DNA of 32,000 nucleotides from a virus, in IMG/VR virus record IMGVR_UViG_3300045988_126465, positions 8,657 through 40,656 of that record; one strand, 5' to 3'. How positions within the stretch are numbered: the first letter of the stretch is position 1; every line of letters starts with the position of its first letter. Position numbers and translations under genes: made by a program. This document shows positions 1 to 7,034 of this stretch, piece after piece. The notes below the pieces were generated by a model. It searched no databases. It was not told the DNA's origin and worked only from the letters and a program-made list of their open reading frames with translations.

Positions 1-170
1 CTTACAAATTAACTCAATTTGAATATGATTTATTACAACATTTCTCGGTTGATTTTAAGTTCAAGGAAATGGGTTTACTAAAAGAAATGAAAGAAAAAGG
101 ACATTTCAAGAATATTAATGGTGACGAATTGATTAAAGATATTCTAGAAAGTTGTGAGGTAATCAAATAA
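1..170 (+). CDS. 3' end of a hypothetical phage protein (partial, starts upstream of window)
   Basis: Open frame from position 3 to TAA at 168-170. The stop overlaps the next ATG (TAATG), which is typical translational coupling. Confidence 0.4.
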   Translation, partial: YKLTQFEYDLLQHFSVDFKFKEMGLLKEMKEKGHFKNINGDELIKDILESCEVIK

Positions 171-400
171 TGCAGAAAGCTAGATTATTATATTTAGTTG
201 ATAAATACGAAAATGAATTGATTAGCAGTACTAGAAAATACAAAAGTTATTATGTAGGTAAGATTGGAAACGTAGTACACAAACAAAATATACGTGGAAT
301 TGTCAGCTCAAATGAATATTTATATGACATTGAGTTTGATGATGGTGCTAGATTTTGCGTAGACAGAGAACAGATTGAATTTGTTGAGGTAGATCAATAA
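170..400 (+). CDS. hypothetical phage protein (76 aa)
   Basis: ORF with a GAGGT Shine-Dalgarno upstream. It is start/stop coupled to both neighbours. Confidence 0.6.
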   Translation: MQKARLLYLVDKYENELISSTRKYKSYYVGKIGNVVHKQNIRGIVSSNEYLYDIEFDDGARFCVDREQIEFVEVDQ

Positions 401-600
401 TGATTTATTATATTGTTGGATTTTTTTTCGGTGGAATTATTGAAATGGTTCTGTATTCGGTTGTTGTATCTGGAAGAATCAACAATTTAGAATATCAGAA
501 CAAACAAATGATTTTTGAATTAGAGCGAAAGGAAAAGGAATTAGCTACATACAGATGTATGTATGCTAGTTCTTATGATGGATTTGAGGAGACGAAATAA
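400..600 (+). CDS. small membrane protein (N-terminal TM helix plus short coiled coil)
   Basis: ORF with a GAGGT RBS. The N-terminus is hydrophobic (IYYIVGFFFGGIIEMVLYSVVV). Confidence 0.6.
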   Translation: MIYYIVGFFFGGIIEMVLYSVVVSGRINNLEYQNKQMIFELERKEKELATYRCMYASSYDGFEETK

Positions 601-605
601 TCAGC

Positions 606-821
606 ATGAATGGATATCAACCAAAAATTGATAGAAGCAAAATAAAAGTACCAGAATATTTGAAAAAAAATAAAGAACCTGAATATGAATACAGAGTAAC
701 ATATGATTATTATAGTGAAGATGTTGAAGACTGGTTAAATAATGGATGGAGTATTTTTAATGTTATAAATCATTTGATTATTTTTAGAAAGGAAAAAGAT
801 GTTAAAGAAATACAGGATTAA
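606..821 (+). CDS. hypothetical phage protein (71 aa)
   Basis: ORF preceded by a GAGGAG RBS. Confidence 0.6.
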   Translation: MNGYQPKIDRSKIKVPEYLKKNKEPEYEYRVTYDYYSEDVEDWLNNGWSIFNVINHLIIFRKEKDVKEIQD

Positions 822-945
822 ATATATTAAAGACAATAATATTTGTGTGATTGAAGTTCATGAGGAATCAAAAAGTATGGCAATGTATAAGTTCTATATG
901 AAACACCCATCATGCAGCATTGAGGAAATTGAAGAGATTGCATAG
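799..945 (+). CDS. small hypothetical protein (48 aa, below ORF-track cutoff)
   Basis: ATG at 799 preceded by GAAAGGAAAAAG. The frame is open to TAG at 943-945 and fills the gap between annotated ORFs. Confidence 0.35.
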   Translation: MLKKYRIKYIKDNNICVIEVHEESKSMAMYKFYMKHPSCSIEEIEEIA

Positions 946-953
946 GAGAGAAA

Positions 954-1421
954 ATGAGTAAAACGGATTATGAAGAATATGTAGATGTTCAGGTGGATAC
1001 ACTGATTAAAAAACTTGAAATGTTCAGGATTTATGAAAGAAAGTTTAAATCGTTGGATGGAATCTTAAAGGATTTGGAGGTTCGCAAAAAAGAATTTTCA
1101 GATCCAAAATCTCCATCGTTTGAACAAAGGTTGGATTCAAAGAAAAATAAGGACATTACAAATGATGTTCTTGTAAAGTTTATTTCAAAAGAAAAAGTGC
1201 TTGAAGATGATAAGAATCTTATCTTAGGAAAGATGAGAGAAGTTGAAACAATTATTGATCTTATTCCAAATGATGATATTCGTTTATATATGAAACGTCA
1301 TTATATCAACGGAGAATCATTTGAAAAGCTTTCAGGAGAAAAGTACTGTAGCAGAATGAAAATGTATTACGCAATGAAGAAAGAGCTTAAAAAGCTCGTT
1401 ATGGGAGATTTAAGCAAATGA
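954..1421 (+). CDS. putative late transcriptional activator, RinA/ArpU-like (sigma region-4-like C-terminus)
   Basis: 155 aa with a TAGGAGAG RBS. The C-terminal segment DDIRLYMKRHYINGESFEKLSGEKYCSRMKMYYAMKKELKKL resembles sigma-70 region 4 and the RinA/ArpU HTH. The family assignment is from memory, not from a search. Confidence 0.4.
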   Translation: MSKTDYEEYVDVQVDTLIKKLEMFRIYERKFKSLDGILKDLEVRKKEFSDPKSPSFEQRLDSKKNKDITNDVLVKFISKEKVLEDDKNLILGKMREVETIIDLIPNDDIRLYMKRHYINGESFEKLSGEKYCSRMKMYYAMKKELKKLVMGDLSK

Positions 1422-1648
1422 TTGATATGCTAAAAAGAATAGGTGAATGGATTGGAGATTATATCTGTGAAATAATATTATTTGGTACGCTTATTATTAC
1501 AATTGTTTTAATTGTGTTGTGTGCAGTTGTTGTTTCTGATGACTCAAATGATACATCGTCTAATACATCATCACATTGCAGCACTACGTTGATACCTGTA
1601 TACAATGGAAGAATAACTACTTTAATTCCGATAACCAGGTGTTATTAA
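1418..1648 (+). CDS. small membrane protein
   Basis: ATGA overlap with the upstream gene. TM segment ICEIILFGTLIITIVLIVLCAVVV followed by a Ser/Thr-rich tail. Confidence 0.6.
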   Translation: MIDMLKRIGEWIGDYICEIILFGTLIITIVLIVLCAVVVSDDSNDTSSNTSSHCSTTLIPVYNGRITTLIPITRCY

Positions 1649-1685
1649 TTATATGGAGATTTGAATAAATAAGTGAGGACAAACA

Positions 1686-1955
1686 ATGCAGAAAGTAATC
1701 AGATCATACATTTTTGATGGGAAAAGTTTTGAAGAATTACAAAAAACATTAGATGAAGGCTATGTTGTTGTTATGGCAAATAAGGTTGGAAAATGTGATG
1801 ATGCTATTGAATACATTCTTGAAAAGAAAAACCAAGAAGTCTCGATTGATTCTATTGTTAAAGGATTAAGAGTGTATGCAACAACAAAAACGGATTTGTT
1901 TAAGGCAGGAGTTTTACAAGCGGCAAAGTTGATTGAAACAGGTGAAGTAAGATGA
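1686..1955 (+). CDS. hypothetical phage protein (89 aa)
   Basis: ORF with a GTGAGGA RBS. Confidence 0.6.
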   Translation: MQKVIRSYIFDGKSFEELQKTLDEGYVVVMANKVGKCDDAIEYILEKKNQEVSIDSIVKGLRVYATTKTDLFKAGVLQAAKLIETGEVR

Positions 1956-2104
1956 GGATATTATTTACAATGAAAAAGATTATTGCGTGGATTAAAAATA
2001 TAGATGTGTATGATATTTTAGATTTTGTGATGATATTGCTTATAGGATCGGTAGTGATATTTATAGGCATTATGAATATATATCTTTTTAAAAGATTATG
2101 GTGA
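1952..2104 (+). CDS. small TM protein (50 aa, below ORF-track cutoff)
   Basis: ATGA overlap with the stop of the previous gene. My translation is MRILFTMKKIIAWIKNIDVYDILDFVMILLIGSVVIFIGIMNIYLFKRLW, which contains one TM helix. Confidence 0.35.
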   Translation: MRILFTMKKIIAWIKNIDVYDILDFVMILLIGSVVIFIGIMNIYLFKRLW

Positions 2105-2110
2105 TTAACT

Positions 2111-2233
2111 ATGAAAAAATTAAGGTATATAGATAGATGGAATGTAATTTATTTTCTATGCTATCTTTTGATAGGTGAAGCAGTATTGTTTATAGATATG
2201 CTTATAATAGGTATCGTAACTGGTGCATATTAA
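2111..2233 (+). CDS. small TM protein (40 aa, below ORF-track cutoff)
   Basis: ATG at 2111. My translation is MKKLRYIDRWNVIYFLCYLLIGEAVLFIDMLIIGIVTGAY. It is hydrophobic and has no strong RBS. Confidence 0.3.
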   Translation: MKKLRYIDRWNVIYFLCYLLIGEAVLFIDMLIIGIVTGAY

Positions 2234-2236
2234 TCA

Positions 2237-2557
2237 TTATTTGAAGTGGTCAAAATATAAATTAAGTAGAGATATAAAAATTACAATAGCTGACATTATT
2301 GACGGAATCCAAAATTGTCGCTCTTGAAGTCTGCAATCCAACAAGAAACGTTCGCCTTCGATGCTTAAGAAAATATTTACTGTATGTGGATTTTGTTCTT
2401 CATCCCACTCTCCTTTACAGTGAATATATGTTTTGATGTTATTGAGTGTATCTCTTGCAGTTTCTTCGTCATTATTGAAACAGTCTTTGGCAAGTTGAGT
2501 AGAATCGCATTTTGGATGTTTCTCTATGTATTTTAAAATTTCTTTAGTTGATTTCAT
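2237..2557 (-). CDS. hypothetical protein with C-terminal TM anchor
   Basis: 106-aa ORF on the minus strand. The C-terminus WIPSIMSAIVIFISLLNLYF is hydrophobic. The gene is convergent with the upstream + genes. Confidence 0.55.
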   Translation of the reverse strand: MKSTKEILKYIEKHPKCDSTQLAKDCFNNDEETARDTLNNIKTYIHCKGEWDEEQNPHTVNIFLSIEGERFLLDCRLQERQFWIPSIMSAIVIFISLLNLYFDHFK

Positions 2558-2620
2558 GAGCTCATTATAGCATGGCTCAAAAATTCATAAAGTTTTTATT
2601 TTAGAAAAGTGTTACAAAGT

Positions 2621-2680
2621 AGCCTATTTACTAGGCTTTTAAAAGGTCTGTAGTTAGTCTGATAATATATAGTTATCGGA
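2621..2680 (+). repeat. copy A of a duplicated ~60-nt two-hairpin element (partner at 8253-8320)
   Basis: The blocks GCCTATTTA..AGGCTTTTAA and TAGTCT.ATAA.ATATAGTTAT..GAC are shared with 8254-8317. Hairpin 2 is GTCTGATAA / TTATCGGAC (2657-2681). Confidence 0.6.
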
Positions 2681-2697
2681 CATATGAAGGAGTTCAG

Positions 2698-2862
2698 ATG
2701 ATAAACAAAATTAAATGGTTTTTTAAAAGATTATTCTGCAAGCATGAATTTACTTGGTGTGTAAAGAATGATATGTTTTTTTCTCTCAGAGGTGAGACTC
2801 AGTATCTTGTGTGTTTGAAATGTGGGAAAGTGAAAGATACAAGATATGTTGAATTTGAATAA
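2698..2862 (+). CDS. small zinc-ribbon-like phage protein (54 aa, below ORF-track cutoff)
   Basis: GAAGGAG RBS followed by an ATG. My translation is MINKIKWFFKRLFCKHEFTWCVKNDMFFSLRGETQYLVCLKCGKVKDTRYVEFE. The CxH...CxxC pattern recalls DUF1660-type prophage proteins, but that comparison is from memory only. Confidence 0.45.
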   Translation: MINKIKWFFKRLFCKHEFTWCVKNDMFFSLRGETQYLVCLKCGKVKDTRYVEFE

Positions 2863-2902
2863 ATGTGTGCTTTATAGGATTGTCAAAGAAAAGAGGAATA
2901 AA

Positions 2903-3223
2903 ATGAATAAATTATATAAATTATTATCAATTGAACTAAATAAATTTCCTAAAATAGTATATAAATTATTAACGGTTGGAATGATTGGCGTTTCCTTATT
3001 TGGATGTGCATCTGTGGATCGTTGGGGTACTGATGTAAAATCTGATTTGAATGGTGGATTGAATAGGATAATCAATGTGTATACAGCAGATGGAAAAATT
3101 ATAGCAAGCTATGAAGGTAGAATTGATATTGAAACAAATGATGGTGGATATGTAAAATTTGATTATGATGGAAAAAGATATGTTTATTATAATTGTTTTG
3201 TAGAAACGATTGCAGATAAATAG
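2903..3223 (+). CDS. phage-encoded lipoprotein
   Basis: The internal ATG at 2903 has an AAGAGGAA RBS. The signal peptide ends in the lipobox SLFG|C (LLTVGMIGVSLFGCAS). Confidence 0.6.
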   Translation: MNKLYKLLSIELNKFPKIVYKLLTVGMIGVSLFGCASVDRWGTDVKSDLNGGLNRIINVYTADGKIIASYEGRIDIETNDGGYVKFDYDGKRYVYYNCFVETIADK

Positions 3224-3233
3224 GAGTGATAAT

Positions 3234-3806
3234 GTGGAAGATTTCATAAAAGAAGTTTTACTAGCGTTTGTTGCAGCTGGTGGATGTGGATATTTAAATT
3301 ATTATGTTTTAACATGCACAAATGTGATTGAAGAACAAGATCGAGCAGATAAAGAAAGATTGTATTTGATGATCTTATCCTTGTTTAATATTCTTGTTTG
3401 CTTTTTCTTTAGTGATTATTTGAAATGGAATATTTATAAAAGTGTTTTGATTACATTTTTATTAACATTAATAAGTTCGTTTACTGTGCATGCTCATGTT
3501 ATTAAGCTTTTTAGAACCTTAGTTAATTTGATTAGAAAAGGTAAAGGATTGTCTGAAATGACTTTTGGAACTATTCAAGAAGATGTTTTTGAAAGTGATA
3601 ACATGACAATTGGATATTTCTATACTAGAGAAGGAAGTTTTATTGCGTGTGGATATATTGAAATGCATTCAGAAAGAACTGGTGAATTTACTATAGCACC
3701 AAGAAAAAGTGTATCTGAGAAAAGTTTTTCAGAAGCTTGTGCATTGCCAGGAGCAAAAGTTTTTATTAATGATGAAATGAAAATAGTCACTATCGAACAA
3801 CGATAG
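3234..3806 (+). CDS. polytopic membrane protein with soluble C-terminal domain
   Basis: An in-frame GTG at 3234 lies 5-6 nt after AGGAGTG. There are several hydrophobic helices (LLAFVAAGGCGYL, LMILSLFNILVCFFF, VLITFLLTLISSF) followed by a hydrophilic C-terminal half. Confidence 0.55.
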   Translation: MEDFIKEVLLAFVAAGGCGYLNYYVLTCTNVIEEQDRADKERLYLMILSLFNILVCFFFSDYLKWNIYKSVLITFLLTLISSFTVHAHVIKLFRTLVNLIRKGKGLSEMTFGTIQEDVFESDNMTIGYFYTREGSFIACGYIEMHSERTGEFTIAPRKSVSEKSFSEACALPGAKVFINDEMKIVTIEQR

Positions 3807-3809
3807 TGA
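3786..3809. terminator. perfect 10-bp hairpin between convergent genes
   Basis: GTCACTATCG-aaca-CGATAGTGAC overlaps the stop of 3234..3806. On the minus strand it is followed by T-rich sequence. Confidence 0.5.
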
Positions 3810-3818
3810 CTATGGAGG

Positions 3819-3908
3819 TTATTTTCCGCCTTCTGATGGTATTTCTTTCTTGACTGTGCCTTTAGTTCTAGATTGAACACCATCATTACTTTTTTCATTT
3901 TCTGTCAT
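3819..3908 (-). CDS. 29-aa hydrophilic micro-protein (candidate)
   Basis: On the minus strand a GGAGGA RBS sits 7 nt before the ATG. My translation is MTENEKSNDGVQSRTKGTVKKEIPSEGGK. The longer track ORF 3620..3898(-) is in a different frame and overlaps 3234..3806. Confidence 0.3.
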   Translation of the reverse strand: MTENEKSNDGVQSRTKGTVKKEIPSEGGK

Positions 3909-4046
3909 TTTGTTATCCTCCACGATAATTATACAGAAATAAGTTTATTAGAAAAGTTTAAGGAGTAAAGAAAATGAAACACAAATTACCAAAGTTTTTA
4001 TATATAAAAACATATAAATATAGGTGATGAGCTTAATAAGCTGTTT

Positions 4047-4328
4047 ATGATCAATAATACACAAAGTTTATTTGTACAATACGGAGATCGTGTTGTATGT
4101 GTTTATATGGCAGATGAAAAGTTTTATAGGTGTAATTATGATAAGAATGGTATACTCGTTATTAAGCATTATATTTGTGAACCGCAATTCAAAAGTTTAT
4201 ATAGAAAGCTTTTAGATAATGAAATTGATTGCTTAAACTATGAAGACGTAATGAATGGCTGCAATAAGTTTTATCTAAGATCAGAAGAAGAATATAAAAA
4301 GTTTATGAGAATATTACTTGATGTGTAG
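4047..4328 (+). CDS. hypothetical protein, tandem paralog 1
   Basis: 93-aa ORF. It shares the pattern FV.Y ... KF ... C ... KF(Y/F)..S.E...K.F.IL.D with the next gene. Confidence 0.6.
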   Translation: MINNTQSLFVQYGDRVVCVYMADEKFYRCNYDKNGILVIKHYICEPQFKSLYRKLLDNEIDCLNYEDVMNGCNKFYLRSEEEYKKFMRILLDV

Positions 4329-4350
4329 AAAGTTTTTTAGGAGTGATGAA

Positions 4351-4638
4351 ATGGATGAAAATAAGTTTTCTTACAAAGAAGTTTTTGTGAAGTATGATAA
4401 TGTACAGATTGGTGTTATTTGTTCTAAGTTTGTTGAAAAAGTTTTTGAATACAATGCGCATGATGATGAAGATGTGCCTGTGAATTATGTTTATTATGTG
4501 AAGAAAGAAAAGTTTTCTCAGTTGCTGGAAAAGTTTTTTGATGGTTCGATTCTATGCAAGCATGAAAAAGAATCTCAAAAGTTTTTTCCAACGTCTCAAG
4601 AACAATTAGAAAAAGTTTTTCTAATCCTGGATAAATAA
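4351..4638 (+). CDS. hypothetical protein, tandem paralog 2
   Basis: The in-frame ATG at 4351 follows a TAGGAGTG RBS. It is collinear in similarity with 4047..4328. Confidence 0.6.
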   Translation: MDENKFSYKEVFVKYDNVQIGVICSKFVEKVFEYNAHDDEDVPVNYVYYVKKEKFSQLLEKFFDGSILCKHEKESQKFFPTSQEQLEKVFLILDK

Positions 4639-4675
4639 GTTTTTCAAAAGAAAGTTTTTCGGATATAATGAATGT

Positions 4676-5230
4676 ATGAATGATTATATAAGTTTTCTAT
4701 GCACATTATTAAATATAAAGATTCCAAAAGTTTACTTTAAAGCAAATGATAAGGTTTATGATCTTAAACATAAACCAGTCAATAAAGAACTTTTTCAAGT
4801 GAAAGATACAAGCGTATGCACATCCTACCCAAAAGAAAATGTGATTTGTGTAAACCTGAATACATCCATAATAGATACTAGTGTAGTTTATATATATCTT
4901 GCGCATGAAATAAGGCATTTATATCAATATTCATGTGTATATAATAAGAATCAAAAAGTATTTTCTATGGATGAAAGAAGTGTATCTATATGGAAAAAGG
5001 AACTTGAAAGTTATAAGGATTCAAGCAGCAAACACTATGAGAATCAGGAAATAGAAAAAGATGCAAACTTGTTTGCGAACTTTATAGCGATAGTGATATT
5101 TAAAAGAGTTTTGGATATAAAAGAAGTTGACAAAAAAGAATATGAGTTTAAAACTAAACTTTTCATGAACTTTTTCGCATCGAGTCCAGTCAAAAAAAAG
5201 CTGATTCAAAAAGAAATGAGAAGACATTAA
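4676..5230 (+). CDS. HExxH-motif protein (putative zinc metallopeptidase-like)
   Basis: 184-aa ORF. It carries the motif YIYLAHEIRHLYQY (HEIRH). No SD is present. A TATAAT at 4664-4669 ends 7 nt before the ATG, so the mRNA may be leaderless. Confidence 0.5.
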   Translation: MNDYISFLCTLLNIKIPKVYFKANDKVYDLKHKPVNKELFQVKDTSVCTSYPKENVICVNLNTSIIDTSVVYIYLAHEIRHLYQYSCVYNKNQKVFSMDERSVSIWKKELESYKDSSSKHYENQEIEKDANLFANFIAIVIFKRVLDIKEVDKKEYEFKTKLFMNFFASSPVKKKLIQKEMRRH

Positions 5231-5232
5231 AA

Positions 5233-5257
5233 AAAAGGACTTTTTACAAGTCCTTTT
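5233..5257. terminator. bidirectional intrinsic terminator
   Basis: AAAAGGACTT-tttac-AAGTCCTTTT forms a 10-bp stem with an A-run and a T-run on either side. It lies between convergent genes 4676..5230(+) and 5244..5801(-). Confidence 0.7.
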
Positions 5258-5801
5258 CAATTTGTTTAAATAGTGAAGCAGTTCCGCGTGGTGCACGTTC
5301 AAACTCTTTAATAATATGTATATATTTACCATTCAATGATTTTTTACCATTCTTGTAATATATCCATGATCCTTTTATTATGCCGTATGATTCTTTTTCT
5401 ATTGCTTTTGGATGCTTGCGTGTTCCGGCCCATTCAATATATGAAAACATGCATTTTTGAAGTTTTAAAATCTTTTTTTCTTTCTTCTCTTTTTCAAGAT
5501 CTTTTTTCTTCTTTTCAAGTACCTGGATTATTTCAATTTTTGATAGTTCAATAAAATCAGGATCTAAACTATAGAAATTGGTTTCGTTGAAATATGATCC
5601 CGTATGATGCCAAGAACTACAGACTAGAAAAACTTTTAAAACTTCTTTGCTATATCTATTCAATTCATTCTCGTTAAAATCATTTCTAACATTTAAAACG
5701 CATTCAATAATATCTTTTTTAGTCCATTTTGAAAGTGGCTTTTCACCACTTTCATATGCTTCATAAGCGCGTTCACTCATTTTATTACCAATATATCCCA
5801 T
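5244..5801 (-). CDS. hypothetical protein (last gene of ArdA operon)
   Basis: 185 aa with an AGGAGG RBS. It has a conserved-looking N-terminus MSERAYEAYESGEKPLSKWTK, a SWHHTGSYFNETNFY motif and a Lys/Glu-rich linker. Confidence 0.65.
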   Translation of the reverse strand: MGYIGNKMSERAYEAYESGEKPLSKWTKKDIIECVLNVRNDFNENELNRYSKEVLKVFLVCSSWHHTGSYFNETNFYSLDPDFIELSKIEIIQVLEKKKKDLEKEKKEKKILKLQKCMFSYIEWAGTRKHPKAIEKESYGIIKGSWIYYKNGKKSLNGKYIHIIKEFERAPRGTASLFKQIEKDL

Positions 5802-5814
5802 ATCTTTTTACCTC

Positions 5815-6393
5815 CTAAAATGGAAACTCTTCAAGCATTTCATTTAATCTTTGCTGATCTGTAAGCAGCTTTTTCTTTTTCCTTGGTGCTGCTTTTTCGA
5901 TACTCATCTTTTCGATTTTACCATTATTATACACATAGCTTTCTTTAAGCTTGTTTCTATTAAAAACATCTATAGTTTTTGAATTAGTATTATAAGTAAA
6001 AAGCAAGCTTTTTGATCCAGGTTTACAGATCTTAAAAAGATCTGTATTTAAGATGTCTATATAACACTTGTAAATTTTGAAGAAATAACAGATATCTTTT
6101 ATTTCTTGAATATCTGGTGTATATAACTCTTTTTTTGCTTCTGTATTATAAAATAACTGAATATCATAGTTGAAAAGCTTATCAAGATCATGAGCGACAA
6201 AAAGCCTTAATTCATTTGTTTGAACGGCTGCATACATGCATTTATTATGATCAAACTTAAAGCTATGATCTTTTAAAATTTTTTCAGTTGAAGCGCTGGG
6301 AGTTCCTAACGCTTCAACGTAAATGTGTGGTTTCTTTCGCTCATTTGTAATATAATAATTAAAATGAGCTTTTTCACGCTTCCATGTTGTCAT
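5815..6393 (-). CDS. hypothetical protein
   Basis: 192 aa with an AGGAGG RBS. It overlaps the upstream gene by 20 nt. Confidence 0.65.
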   Translation of the reverse strand: MTTWKREKAHFNYYITNERKKPHIYVEALGTPSASTEKILKDHSFKFDHNKCMYAAVQTNELRLFVAHDLDKLFNYDIQLFYNTEAKKELYTPDIQEIKDICYFFKIYKCYIDILNTDLFKICKPGSKSLLFTYNTNSKTIDVFNRNKLKESYVYNNGKIEKMSIEKAAPRKKKKLLTDQQRLNEMLEEFPF

Positions 6394-6604
6394 TTTTAAG
6401 GCCTCCTAAAATGTCTAAAATGCATAAAGTATTTACAAGCTGCCAAAGTTCACGCGGTTTAAGCATCCAGGCCACAACGTCAAGCCCGTAAGATAAATTA
6501 TATAAACCGTTTAAATGTTTTGTTATTGTGTAAGGTTTGCAGCTAGATCCATTTAGTTGATCTAGTTTTTTTTCTGTAAATTCAATATATTCTTTGTTAT
6601 TCAT
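6374..6604 (-). CDS. hypothetical protein
   Basis: The start was chosen at the ATG at 6604 (MNNKEYIEF...), which lies 8 nt after GGAGG. The track start at 6619 lacks an RBS. Confidence 0.55.
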   Translation of the reverse strand: MNNKEYIEFTEKKLDQLNGSSCKPYTITKHLNGLYNLSYGLDVVAWMLKPRELWQLVNTLCILDILGGLKNDNMEA

Positions 6605-6606
6605 TT

Positions 6607-6879
6607 TTAAAACCTCCATTCATTATCTTCAAAAATAGTTATAACAAGTGTATAAAGTTCTTTGCTTACTTGTTTAGAATCAACTAAAAGTTGATCATAA
6701 TAAACGCGTATAACTTTTTCATTTTCGAAATAAGCAAGATCATAAACAAATGATTCAATATGATCCGCTAAACACTCATAAAGAAAATCATACACGACAA
6801 AATTACCAGAAATAAGATCATTCATATATGATCTTATTCTTGCATATTTATGCAATAACTTAACTTCTAAAAGTTCCAT
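6607..6879 (-). CDS. hypothetical protein
   Basis: 90 aa with an AGGAGG RBS. Confidence 0.6.
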   Translation of the reverse strand: MELLEVKLLHKYARIRSYMNDLISGNFVVYDFLYECLADHIESFVYDLAYFENEKVIRVYYDQLLVDSKQVSKELYTLVITIFEDNEWRF

Positions 6880-6890
6880 TGTTTAACCTC

Positions 6891-7034
6891 CTAAATAATA
6901 TAAATAGCGCATGATATCGAAAAGATTGAAAGAATTAAAACGATTGAAAAAATAAAGTATTCAATCAATCTAATAAATGCAAGCGTGAGCACCTCAGCGG
7001 TGCTCATATTGTCAAGTTTTTTACGTGTTAGCAT
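6891..7034 (-). CDS. 47-aa TM micro-protein coupled to ardA (below ORF-track cutoff)
   Basis: Its ATG overlaps the ArdA stop (ATGCTAA). My translation is MLTRKKLDNMSTAEVLTLAFIRLIEYFIFSIVLILSIFSISCAIYII. Confidence 0.4.
   Translation of the reverse strand: MLTRKKLDNMSTAEVLTLAFIRLIEYFIFSIVLILSIFSISCAIYII

Noticed and set aside
2872-3247. Minus-strand ORFs 2872..3075 and 2996..3247 overlapping the lipoprotein gene
   Set aside because: They overlap a + strand gene that has an RBS and a lipobox. Their translations are Ile/Phe/Asn-rich AT-bias artefacts with no RBS.
4709-5554. ORFs 4709..4918(-), 5021..5332(-) and 5336..5554(+), which overlap 4676..5230(+) or 5244..5801(-)
   Set aside because: They are antisense to, or out of frame with, better-supported genes. 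They have no RBS, and their hydrophobic low-complexity translations are typical of AT-rich antisense frames.
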